A stretch of 64,000 bases of DNA from an uncultured Spirochaetota bacterium (lineage in GTDB: Bacteria; Spirochaetota; Spirochaetia; SZUA-6; CAVTHK01). The DNA lies in contig CAVTHK010000013.1 in the NCBI GenBank assembly GCA_963734495.1, forward strand, positions 64,001 to 128,000. The letters are read 5' to 3'. Below the pieces are notes generated by a model. That model saw only the letters and a program-made list of their open reading frames with translations. It did not search any database and was not told the origin of the DNA. Made by a program: the position numbers and the translations under genes. The stretch's first letter is position 1; the number at the start of each line of letters is the position of its first letter. Shown one piece after another: positions 10,052 to 22,748 of this stretch.

Positions 10052-10574
10052 CTACCGCCCGGCCACCTCCACGAAAGCGCGCATGTAGTCGGGCAGGTCG
10101 GGCGGCCTGCGGCTGGAGACGACGTTCCGGTCGACCACGACCGGCGGCGTCGACCCACTCGGCGCCCGCGTTGGTCATGTCGTCGCGGATGCCGGGCGTG
10201 CTGGTCACCCGCCTGCCCTTGAGGATGCCGGCGGAAGCGAGCACCCAGCCCGCGTGGCAGATCTGCCCGATCGGCTTGCCCTTGCGGTCCATTTCCCGGA
10301 CCAGGGACAGCACCTCGGGGAAACGGCGGAGCCGGTCGGGCGCCCAGCCGCCGGGCACGAGCAGCGCGTCATACGCGCTCTCCCCCGCCTCGGCAAAGGC
10401 GACGTCGGCTGTGGCCGGCAGCCCGTACTTGCCGGTGTAGACCGCGCCCCTCTTTTCGCCGACGAGCTCCACGACGGCGCCCTCCTCGCGGCACCGGATC
10501 ACGGGATACCAGAGCTCGAGGTCCTCGAACTCGTCCGCCACCAGACAGGCTATCCGCTGGCCCTTGAGACGCAT
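10052..10574 (-). CDS. PfpI/DJ-1 family (type 1 glutamine amidotransferase-like) protein; frameshift near 10145
   Basis: DEFEDLELWYP, LLVPGGWAPDRLRR, QICHAGW; shifted frame gives VVVDRNVVSSRRPPDLPDYM then TAG. Confidence 0.9.
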
Positions 10575-10720
10575 CCGCTCCTCCGCGCGCCCGAGGGGGC
10601 GCCCGAGGCGAAAGGTAACCAGAATCCGGCCGCGGAAGCCACCGGAGGTCCGCCGCCGCCGAAACGTGGCGGGACACCCCTGCCTCGCGCAACTGCGGGC
10701 GATGAGCTAAACTGCGGTCG

Positions 10721-10847
10721 GGCAGCCTGTCAGACTTCGCGGAGGCATGCAGCTGTTTTGTGCCCGGCCGCGGAGGACCGCGGCCGGTTCGGCAGCCTGT
10801 CTGACCCATGCAGCTGCCTTGTATCTGGCCGCGGAGGACCGCGGCCG
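10721..10847 (+). repeat. Two-copy structured direct repeat in the glgP 5' region
   Basis: GGCAGCCTGTCWGAC..CATGCAGCTGYYTTGT..GGCCGCGGAGGACCGCGGCCG at 10721-10786 and 10791-10847. Confidence 0.85.
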
Positions 10848-10869
10848 TTATCGAGGGAGGAGGCGCATC

Positions 10870-13382
10870 GTGCCCGTGCGAAGCTTGTTCGTGTACCCGC
10901 GTTTCCCTGCCAAGCTCTCCCGGCTGCTCGACCTCGCGTACAACCTTTGGACGTTCTGGGACAGCGAGGCGCTCAAGCTCTTCGAGCGCATCGACCCATC
11001 TGCGTTCCGCCTGGTGGGCCGCAGCCCGATCGAGTTCCTCCACTCCCTCTCGCAGGCGCGTCTGACCGAGCTCGCCAATCCGATGCCGCCTTCCTCCGCG
11101 AGCTGGAACGTGTCTGGAAGCGCCACGGCGAAGCCATGCAGCCCGCGATCGCGCCGCGGATCGCCTACTTCTCCATGGAGTTCGGGCTTCCCAAGCTCCC
11201 GATCTACGCCGGGGGGCTCGGCATGCTCGCCGGAGACCATCTCAAGGGCGCTTCGGACATGGGTCTGCCGATCATCGGGGTCGGCATCTACTACCGCTAC
11301 GGCTACTTCGTGCAGCGCGTCAACGTCGACGGGGAGCAGGAAGAGATCTTCCGGGAGATCAACCCGCACTACACGCCCATCCAGGAGTGGAAGACGCCCG
11401 GACGACCAGTCCGTGTTCGTCACCATCACCGTCGGCGGTCAGCCGATCCGCCTCAAGCTCTGGCGCGTGCAGGTCGGCCGCGTGAGCCTCCTGCTGCTCG
11501 ACGCCAACGTTCCCGAGAACCCGCCCGAGATGCGCGCCGTCACCAACTACCTCTATGACGCCGACCGCGATCGCCGCATCATGCAGGAGATCGTCCTGGG
11601 GCAGGGAGGCTTCCGGGCGCTGGAGGCGATCGGCATCCAGCCGGACGTATTCCACCTCAACGAGGGACACTCGGCGTTCCTCATCATCGAGCGGCTGCGC
11701 AAGCTCATCCGCGACCAGGGCTACGGCTTCGACGAGGCCTGCGCCATCGTCAAGTGCACGACGGTGTTCACGACGCACACGCCGGTGGAGGCGGGCAACG
11801 AGAACTTCCCCGTGGAGACGATCCGCAAGTACCTCAAGGCCGACGTCGAGGCCCTCGGAAGGAGCTTCGACTCGTTCATGGAGCAGGGCCTCCTGCACGA
11901 CCGCACGACCTTCTGGCTGCCCGCCTTCGCGATCCGCTTCGCCCGCCACATCAACGGCGTCTCACGGCTGCACGCCGGCGTGTCGCGCCAGATGTGGAAG
12001 GACCTGTTCCCCGGCCGGCGCGAGCACGAGATCCCGATCGAGGCGATCACCAACGGCGTTCACGGCTCGTGGATGGCGCCGGAGATCCACGACCTCATCC
12101 GGACCTACGTCGGCGACGACATCATGAGCATCGAGGTCGAGGAGCGGCATGCGGGAGCGCGTGCAGGAGATCCCCGACCTCGAGCTGTGGGACGCGCACA
12201 TGAAGTGCAAGCGCCGGATGATCTCCTACCTGCGCTCGATCTTCACGGAGAACTGGATCGAGCGCGGGTTCTCCCCGGCCCGCGTCCGCCGGGCCCGCGA
12301 GATGCTGAACGCCGGCTTCCTCACGATCGGATTCGCCCGCCGGTTCGCCACCTACAAGCGGGCCGACCTGATCCTGCGGGACAAGGAGCGCCTCGCGCGG
12401 ATCCTCAAGAACGAGCGCAGGCCCTGCCAGATCCTCTTCGCGGGCAAGGCTCACCCGGCGGACATCATGGCCAAGAAGATCATCACGCGACATCTTCGAC
12501 TTCGCCCGCGAGTACGATCTCGAGGACCGCATCTTCTTTATCGAGAACTACGCGCGGTCGGTGGCCGAGCACCTCGTCCAGGGGTGCGACCTGTGGCTGA
12601 ACAACCCGATCCGGCCGAACGAAGCCTCCGGGACGTCGGGGATGAAGGCCGGGCATCAACGGGGTGCTCAACCTGAGCGTGCTCGACGGCTGGTGGCCGG
12701 AGTGCTTCAACAACGCCAACGGCTGGGCCATCACGGCCGGCGACTACTACGACAACCCGGAGATGCGCGACGCGGCGGAGGCGAACCAGATCTACGACTA
12801 CCTCGAAGGCGAGGTCTCGGAGCTCTTCTACGACCGGGGCGAATCGGACGTCCCCGACGGCTGGGTGCAGCGGATGAAGGAGTCGATCTTCACGGTGGCC
12901 CGCGGCTTCAGCATCACCCGCATGCTCCGCGAGTACGACCGCCGCTTCTACTCGTTCGCCCTCGAGCAGGCGGCGCCGGCTCGGCAGCGACCACGGAGGC
13001 GCGGTCAAGCAGATCGTGGCCCGCGCCAACCGGCTCAAGGAGCACTGGGACGAGGATCCAGTTCCGCGCCGTGGAGAGCGACCTGGAGAAGCGCAAGGCC
13101 GTCTTCGCCGACGACCAGGCGGCGTTCTCCTGCTACGTCTACCTCGACGACCTGGAACCCGCGGAGCTCGACGTGGAGCTCTTCTACTGGCGGGAGCGCG
13201 ACGATCAGACCGAGACGGTCCGGCTCGCGTTCAAGGACCTTGTCGCGGAGCGGACGGCCCGCTACGAAGGCACCCTCACGCTGCGCACCCACGGCCTGCA
13301 GGAGATCGACGCGCGCGTCGTCCCGGCGGACCCGGCGATCCGGGACCTCTACCCCAACCTCGTCAAATGGGCCGCGGGCTGA
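10870..13382 (+). CDS. glgP: Alpha-glucan (glycogen/maltodextrin) phosphorylase; multiple frameshifts
   Basis: LAYNLW, IAYFSMEFGL, YAGGLGMLAGDHLK, HLNEGHSAF, FTTHTPV, GFARRFATYKR, PLP motif EASGTSGMKA, LSVLDGWW; SD GGAGGAGG. Confidence 0.93.
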
Positions 13383-13411
13383 GGCCGCCGTCCGCCGCCG
13401 AGCGAGTGCCG

Positions 13412-15526
<2,115 letters not shown>

Positions 15527-15651
15527 GGCGCGGATGATACCACGCCTGCGGAGCGCGACCCTGACGCCGTCCGCCCGCCCGCCCTTGACGGCCCGGCCGG
15601 GGCGGACGGATACTGGCGGGCAGTCTCGGCGGGGTCGCCCGGACGGTGAGA

Positions 15652-18600
15652 ATGGCCTGGAAACTGAACCCCGAAGCGCCTTCGAGCCTGGCCCTCTGGA
15701 GCGAGGAAGAGCCTTTCACCGACGACGAGGTCAAGGCGGAGATCGCCGCGTGCTTCGCGCAGGGCAGGGCGTTTCCGTTCTTCGTCAACCGCGCCGCCAT
15801 CGACGCGGTGCGGGCCGGCGCCGTCCGCCGCGGACCTGCGCGGCCTGCTCGCGGCCGACCGCGACCGCGTCGTCGACGAGGTGGCGAGCAGCGATCGCAC
15901 GATCCGCCAGCGCCTGCTCTCGAGCGTGCGCCTGCCCGCGCGCGATCCTCGACGCCCTCGTCTCCCTTCACCTTTCCCTCTCCGGAGATGGACCAGGAAG
16001 GGCTCCTCACGCGGCGCTTCGTCCTGATCCGCGAGCGCCCGGGAGCCCCGACGCTCTTCCATCTGTCGGCCAACTCCACTGTCCTCGCCCACGTCGGATT
16101 GGGGCCCGCCGAGCACGAGATGCCTTCCATCTACCTCGGGCTGCAGGTCTTCGACCTGCTTCTCGCTCGAGGAGCCGACGCCGAACGACGCCTGCCGCGT
16201 CGTTCCAGCACCTGCTGGCCATCGAGGAGCGCGCGATCGAGACGGGCTACGCCCACACGAGCGACCTCGACGCCCGCAGACCGCGGCGGACCTCTCCGGA
16301 CATGCTCCTGCGTCTCGAGCGGCTTGCGGGAATCCTCGAGCCCGCCCCGGTCGAGCCGGCCGCGGGCGTGCGGCCGTTCGCCGCCGCAGGACCGCAAGCG
16401 CCTGCTGGCGCAGCTCAACGCGCGCGCGCCCGACGACCGCATGCGGTTCGACCACGCCGAGGGCCTGCGCGCGATCGAGACGCTCGAGCGCATGGCCCGC
16501 CGCTTCAAGACGAGCGGCGACCGCCGCTCGCTGCGCGAGGTCGCGCGGCTGCTGGTGGCCGCGGCCGCTCACGACGTGCACGAGATCCGCAACCGCGCCA
16601 ACCTGATCCTCGACCGCATGCTCGCGCCCAAGGAGTTCGACGCGCCTCTCGCGACGGCCTTCGAGACGGTGCGGCTCGGGGCCGCCTTCCGCTTCGAGTT
16701 CGCCCTGGCGCGCGCGCGGACCGACCTGTTCGTCCGGGTCTACCGGGACAGCCGGACCTCCGAGTTCCCGATCGACGCCGAGCTCGACTACTGGGACATC
16801 CCGCTGCAGTGGACCGACGACCGCTACGCCGCTTCGTGGAGGTTCCGCGCCCTCGGGCGGCACGACTGGGTGCTCTACAAGAAGCTGGCGCGCGAGACAG
16901 TGCCGATGCAGAGCGGCCGCATCAACGTGATCGCGGACGTGCGCGGGGAGCTCGTGCTGGAGATCTTCCCGGACATCCACGGCCACACTCGCCTGTACTG
17001 GAAGGATACCGAGCACCCCGGCCTGGTCTACAACGAGGCCGGCGAGGTGATCCGGCTCGGGACCTTTGCCGACGTGCGCCGCTCACCTCGCGGACATGAA
17101 GGAGCGCTACGCATCACGGCGGTCTACCTGCTGGGCGTGCAGAAGCGCGGCTCCAACCGCGAGGACTGGGCGCCCGAGGCGCGCTCGCCCTCGCCCTTCG
17201 CCCCCGTGAGCCTGATCGAGATCGAGCCGTCGCTCGGCGGCCCGGAGGGCCTGAAGGCCCTGGTCGCGGAGGCGCACCGGCTCGAGCTCAAGGTCATCGT
17301 CGACATCGTCCCGCACCTGAACCGCCGCAGCACGGAGCTGCCCGACGACTGCGTGGTCAAGTGCCACGACGGTCGCGGCAACGTCGTCGTCCGGGCGTCG
17401 ACCGACGGCCGCTTCGGCAGCTGGAACGACGGCAAGCTGCTGAACTGGCGCAAGCTCGAGGTCTGGGAGTGGCTCGCGGGATCGATGACGCGCCTCATCG
17501 AGGAGTACGACATCGACGGCCTGCGGTTCGACTCGGCGCACGCGGTGCCGATCGTGATGAAGCGCGACAACTACCCGCTGGCGGGCGGGCGGATGCGGAG
17601 CGCGGAATCGATGGTCGAGGGCGAGATCATCGTCAACGACCGCGAGCACGATCACTTCGTCACCACCGGCTACTACGACTCGGCCTGCCGCGAGCTCATC
17701 GCCCCGCCCGTTCTACAGCTACCTCGGCGGCGCGGTCTACCGAAAGCTGCGCGAAAAGGGCAAGAGCTTCTTTGTCACGATCGCGGAATGCTACTGGGGC
17801 CGCGAGCAGTTCCTCTCCCGCACGGGGTCATGCCGTACAACTCGGCGCTGTTCAAGATCTGCGAGAACATCATCCACGGCAGCGTCCGACGTCCGCGAGA
17901 TCTACCACCTCTACGACAACTACTACCCGCGCGCGCTGCCCCGCGGCACGGAGATGGTCGGCATCCTCGGCAACCACGACGAGCGGCGGGCCGTCAACAC
18001 CTTCGGCGAGCGGGGGCTGCGCGCGGTCACGATGCTGACGCTCTTCATGAGCGACATCGTGATGGACTACGAGGGCAGCGCCGAAGGCGAGGCGTGGAAA
18101 GTCTTTGTCGACAACATCTACGTCAACTGGCACGACTTCGAGGCCGCGGCCTACCGCGGCCTGGAGGATTTCTACCGCGAGGCGTACTCGTTCCACCGCC
18201 ACAACCGCGGCCACGGGCACATGGTGTGGGCCGGCAACAACATGATGGCCGCCGCCGTCCGCTTCACGCGCGGTGCCGTGTGGCTGGGCGCCTTCAATTT
18301 CTCAGACCAGGACCAGCACGCCTCCCTGCAGTTCGACAGTCCCTCGCTGCCTCTCGACGACCGGGCCTACTACCGCCTCGTCGACCCCGTCTACTCCCCG
18401 GTGACCGGCCGCTCCGGATGGTTCACGGGGCGGGAGCTGCGGGTGTCGCGAGTCGGGCGTGAGCGTTCCGCGCACCGAGCGCTACAAGCTGCTGCGGCTC
18501 GACCGCGTGAGCCTCGACGAGCACTACTCGGATTTCCTCCGCGATTCCTTTGACCGGATGTGCCGGATCGACGGGGACACCGCGTTCGCGGCGAGCTTCG

Positions 18601-20518
18601 CCTTCGAGCAGATCGGAGCGGCCTCGGACTCGCTGGACCGCCTGACGGCGTTTCTCATCGAGCGCCTCCTGCCCGCTCTACCCCGAGAGCGAAAACGAGA
18701 CGGTCGAGCTCGGGCTCAAGCGCGGCCTCTTCCATCTCACGCGCGCGGGCGTGAGGAACGGCAGCGCCGTGCTCCAGCTCCTGCGGGGGCTCGCGGCGGC
18801 CCCCGACCCGAGGATCGCGGAGCTCGGCACGCGGCTCCTGCGGCACAACGAGAGAGGGCCTCTCGTCTTCCTGGCGGCCGAGGTCGAGCCGTTCTCCAAG
18901 AGCGGCGGCCTCGCCAACGTGGTGTCCGAGCTGCCGCGCGAGCTCGCCCGCCTGGGCGAGCAGGCCGCCGTGATCACCCCGCTCTACCGCCACGGCGACC
19001 CCAAGGCGGTCGAGAGGATGCGGCGGGCGGTGCAGCGGTACGGGATCGCCTACACCGGGACCAACGTCCGCTTCTGGATCGACGGCGTGGAGTACGAGTC
19101 GGGCGTGCACGCGGGCGACGTCGACGGCGTGCGGTTCTACATGCTCGACCACCACGAGTTCTTCGACGGCCTGTACTGGGGGATCACGGCCGAGGAAAAG
19201 CTGCGCCGGCGGGTGGCGTTCGCGCGCGCGGCCGCGGAGGTCATCCGCATCTTCGACCTGCACCCCAACTTCGTGTTCACCAACGACGCCTACACCGGCC
19301 CCTTCGACGCCATCGTCAAGGCCGACCCCTTGTACGCGGGCAACCCCGCGTTCGGGCGCATCACGCTCATCCACGTGATCCACAACGGCGGGTGGCAGTA
19401 CTTCGACGCGTTCCACCGCCATCGAAAACGGCCGCGACCTGTTCCGGCTCTTCGGCCTCGCCTGGCACGAGCTGTGGCGCTTCGTCGACCCCGCCGACGA
19501 TGCGCGCCTCTCCTGCATGGCCGCGGGCGTGCGGTCGGCAGACCGCGTGGTCACGGTCAGCCCGTCCTACGCGCGGCAGATCCAGACCGCCAGCGACGGG
19601 CTGGAGCGGATCCTCAACGGCGTGATCGGCATCAACAACGGCCTCAACAGGGATTTCCGGGAGCGCGCCGAGCGCCGCCTCGAGGAAAGCGGTTTCGTCG
19701 AGAACAACTACCCGCGCCTGCTCGAGCGGGTCGCCGCCGACGCGGCGCTCAAGGCCCGGCTGGAGAGCCGATATCCCGAGATCCTCGAAGGCCCGCGGGC
19801 AGTCGAGGAAGTGGGCGCGCGGCTGCGGCGCAGGCTGCTCGTGCGCATGCGGAACAAGCTGCTGCTCCAGGTCGAGCGCGGGCTCACCGTCGACCCGGAC
19901 GCCCTGCTGTGCTGCATGATCCACCGGATCACGGAGCAGAAGGGGTTCCAGCTCCTCCTCGACGCGTCCGAGGGGCTGTTCAAGAGGGTCGGCATCCAGG
20001 CGATCGTGGGGGGCGCGCCCGCCCACGGCGACACGAGGGGGGCGGAGATCGCGCGGGGGCTGGCGAAGCTGGCGGAGTACTACCCCACGCAGGCCTGGGT
20101 CGGCATCGGCTTTCAGGACGTGAGCGTCCCGCTCCTCGGCTGCGACGTGTTCCTCATGCCGTCGCTGCACGAGCCGGGCGGCATCTCGCAGCTCGAGGCG
20201 CTCGCCTGCGGCTGCTTCGTGGTGGCGCGCGCCACCGGCGGGCTGCGCGACACGGTGTCGAGCCTGCGGATCGTCGGGGGTCGCATCCTCGGCAGCGGGA
20301 TCCTGTTCTCCGACTACGCGGCCTGGGCGCTGTACGACGCGATGCAGCGCTGCAGCACGTTCCTGCGCAGCGTCGACGAGCAGCGGCTGGCCGCGGCGCG
20401 CGAGGCGCTGATGCAGAACGTCTACGACTGGCGCAAGCCCGCGGAGCTCTACCTCCGCGAGATCTACGGGATCAAGGAGATCGTGCGCCCCGACCTCGTC
20501 GAGACGCCCGCGTCGTGA
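15652..20518 (+). CDS. Large fusion: unknown N-terminal region + GH13 alpha-amylase-family domain + GT5 glycogen/starch synthase domain (~1600 aa; multiple frameshifts)
   Basis: GH13 regions DIVPH, DGLRFDSAH, IAECYWG, LGNHDE; GT5 motifs PFSKSGGLANV, IHNGGWQY, RITEQKG, MPSLHEPGGISQL, ATGGLRDTV; coding signal continues across the linker with no intergenic gap or SD. Confidence 0.78.
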
Positions 20519-20562
20519 AACGGGAGCGCGGCCCCGGGGCCGCGCACGGAGATGCGTCCGCG

Positions 20563-21618
20563 ATGATCGTCTTTCACTCGCCGGCTCACGCCAGGCACGC
20601 GCCGGCACACCAGTTCGAGGGCGGAGGGCACCTGATCGAGCCCTATCCGGACGTGCCGGGCCGCGTCGGCGCGATCCTCGAGGCGCTGAGCGGCACGGGA
20701 CTCGCGTCCGAGCTGCGCGAGCCGCCCCCCTGCGCGGACAGCGACCTCCTCGCGGTCCACGATCCGGGCCTGCTCGAGTTCCTGCGCGGCGCATACGCCT
20801 TCTACCTCGAAGCGACCGGCCGGATCGGCCCGGTGGTCCCCGACACGATGAACCTCGCCTCCGGCCGCCCCGGCGCGCGGCGCTCGCCCCGCTCGCGGCC
20901 CCGCTCGCTGCTGGGGCAGCTCGGCTGGTACGGGTTCGACGCGCAGACGCCGATCACCGAAGGCACCTGGGAGGCCGCGCGCGGGGCCGCCTCGTGCGCG
21001 CTCGCGGCGGCCCGCTCGGTGGCCGCGGGCGCGGCGCTCTCGTACGCGGCCTGCCGGCCCCCCGGCCATCACGCGGGACCCGACTTTTACGGAGGCTATG
21101 GCTTTCTGAACAACGCCGCGCTGGCGGCCGCGGCGTTGCGGGAGCAGGCCCTGCGCGTCGCCGTCATCGACGTGGACTACCACCACGGCAACGGCACCCA
21201 GGAGGTCTTCTACGAGGACCCGAGTGTCCTCTACGTTTCCGTGCACGCGGACCCGGACTGGGCCTACCCGTACTTCTGGGGCCGGTCGGACGAGCGGGGG
21301 GCCGGTGCCGGCGAGGGCGCCACGCGCAACATACCGCTCGCGCTCGGGACGGGCGAGCCGGACTACCTCTCCGCGCTCGACGAGGCGGTCGGCACGGTCG
21401 CCGCCTTTGGGGCCGCGGGCCTGGTCGTGTCGCTGGGCACCGACACGTTCGAGCGGGATCCGCTCGGCACGTTCGCCCTGTCCTTCGACGGCTTCGCGCG
21501 CGCGGGGGAGAAGATCAGCCGGCTGCGGCTGCCGACCGTGGTCGTCCAGGAAGGCGGCTACAGCGTCGAGGAGATCGGCCGCTGCGTGGTGCGCTTCTTC
21601 GAGGGCCTGCGGGGCTGA
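20563..21618 (+). CDS. Histone deacetylase family, acetylpolyamine amidohydrolase-like
   Basis: CRPPGHHAG, GYGFLNNA, DVDYHHGNGTQ, YPYFWG, VQEGGY. Confidence 0.9.
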   Translation: MIVFHSPAHARHAPAHQFEGGGHLIEPYPDVPGRVGAILEALSGTGLASELREPPPCADSDLLAVHDPGLLEFLRGAYAFYLEATGRIGPVVPDTMNLASGRPGARRSPRSRPRSLLGQLGWYGFDAQTPITEGTWEAARGAASCALAAARSVAAGAALSYAACRPPGHHAGPDFYGGYGFLNNAALAAAALREQALRVAVIDVDYHHGNGTQEVFYEDPSVLYVSVHADPDWAYPYFWGRSDERGAGAGEGATRNIPLALGTGEPDYLSALDEAVGTVAAFGAAGLVVSLGTDTFERDPLGTFALSFDGFARAGEKISRLRLPTVVVQEGGYSVEEIGRCVVRFFEGLRG

Positions 21619-21646
21619 GCGCGCTGAGCAGGCTGAGCGCGGCGCC

Positions 21647-22555
21647 TCAGTGGCTGCCGGCGGGCTCGGCGACGCGGTGCGCGCACTGCGCCTCGACGTA
21701 GGCGACGATCCTTTCCGCCAGGTCGACGCCCGAAGTCTCCTCCACGCCCTCCAGCCCGGGCGAGCCGTTGACCTCGAGCACGAGAGGGCCGCGCCGCGAT
21801 CGCACGATGTCCACGCCCGCGCAGCGGAGCCCGAGCGCCTGGACCGCGTGGACGGCGAGGGAGCGCTCCGCTTCGGAGGAATCCACGCTCGCGCCCTTTC
21901 CGCCCCTGTGCAGATTGGAGCGGAACTCGTCGCCGACGCTCTGACGCAGCATGGTGGCCACGACCTCGTCGCCGACGACGATCATGCGCAGGTCGCTGCC
22001 CTCGGCCTCGTGTATGTACTCCTGGAGCAGCACGCTGACGTCGACGCCCCAGAACGCCTCGAGGGCGCTGCGCGCCGCGCGGAGACTGTCCGCGAGCACG
22101 ACGCCGACGCCCTGGGTCCCTTCGAGCACCTTGATCACGACCGGCGGCCCGTCGACCATCCGCACGAGATCCTCGGCGTAGCGCGGTGAATGCGCGAACG
22201 CGGTGCGCGGGACTCCCACGCCGGCCTCGGCGAGCAGCTGCGTGCAGACCAGCTTGTCGCGCGCGCGGGCGATGCCGGTCGCGCCGTTCAGGCAGAAGAC
22301 TCCGGCCATCTCGAACTGCCTCACGACGGCGCTGCCGTAGGAGTTCGTGGAGGCGGCCACTCTCGGGATCACGGCGTCGAACCCGAGCAGCTCGATGCCC
22401 CGGTAGCTGATCGTCCGCCGTTCCGCGCTGATGCCGAGGGTGCAGCGGGCCGGGTCGACCACGAGCACCTCGTGGCCGCGGCCTTCGGCGGCTTCGCGGA
22501 TTCTCCGCGTAGAGTAGATCTCCCCGCTGCGGGAGAGGAGCCCGATCCGCATCAC
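21647..22555 (-). CDS. rimK: RimK family ATP-grasp alpha-L-glutamate ligase
   Basis: YSTRRI, DAVIPRV, RDKL, LEGTQGVGV, LQEYI, FRSNLHRGG, LEVNGSPGLEG. Confidence 0.92.
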   Translation of the reverse strand: MMRIGLLSRSGEIYSTRRIREAAEGRGHEVLVVDPARCTLGISAERRTISYRGIELLGFDAVIPRVAASTNSYGSAVVRQFEMAGVFCLNGATGIARARDKLVCTQLLAEAGVGVPRTAFAHSPRYAEDLVRMVDGPPVVIKVLEGTQGVGVVLADSLRAARSALEAFWGVDVSVLLQEYIHEAEGSDLRMIVVGDEVVATMLRQSVGDEFRSNLHRGGKGASVDSSEAERSLAVHAVQALGLRCAGVDIVRSRRGPLVLEVNGSPGLEGVEETSGVDLAERIVAYVEAQCAHRVAEPAGSH

Positions 22556-22651
22556 GCCACCTCGCCTGCGCCGCGATCGAAGTGCACGAGGCCCTCGAGC
22601 GGCGGGTCAAACAGCCGGGCGACAGTAAAGTGAAGGTGACCTGCGCGTCAA

Positions 22652-22748
22652 CCTATCCTGGCGGGCATAGCGGGCGGGAGCCCTACGGGGATAGGCGAAT
22701 GCCTATCCCGTGGCGGGCATAGCGGGCGGGAGCCCTACGGGGATAGGC
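22652..22748. repeat. Two-copy palindromic (REP-like) element
   Basis: CCTATCC(CG)TGGCGGGCATAGCGGGCGGGAGCCCTACGGGGATAGGC twice; the ends of each unit are complementary. Confidence 0.85.

Noticed and set aside
10697-10847. Known riboswitch (guanidine-II or fluoride) in the glgP leader
   Set aside because: Loops are AGGA rather than the ACGR needed for guanidine-II and lie ~40 nt apart; GGCGATGAG..AAACTGC resembles the fluoride aptamer start but lacks its pairing strands; gene context fits neither
18751-21618. 955-aa glycogen synthase-HDAC fusion ORF
   Set aside because: After ~19420 the GT5 continues in another frame and stops at 20518; the intervening translation is non-protein-like and the HDAC starts at 20563
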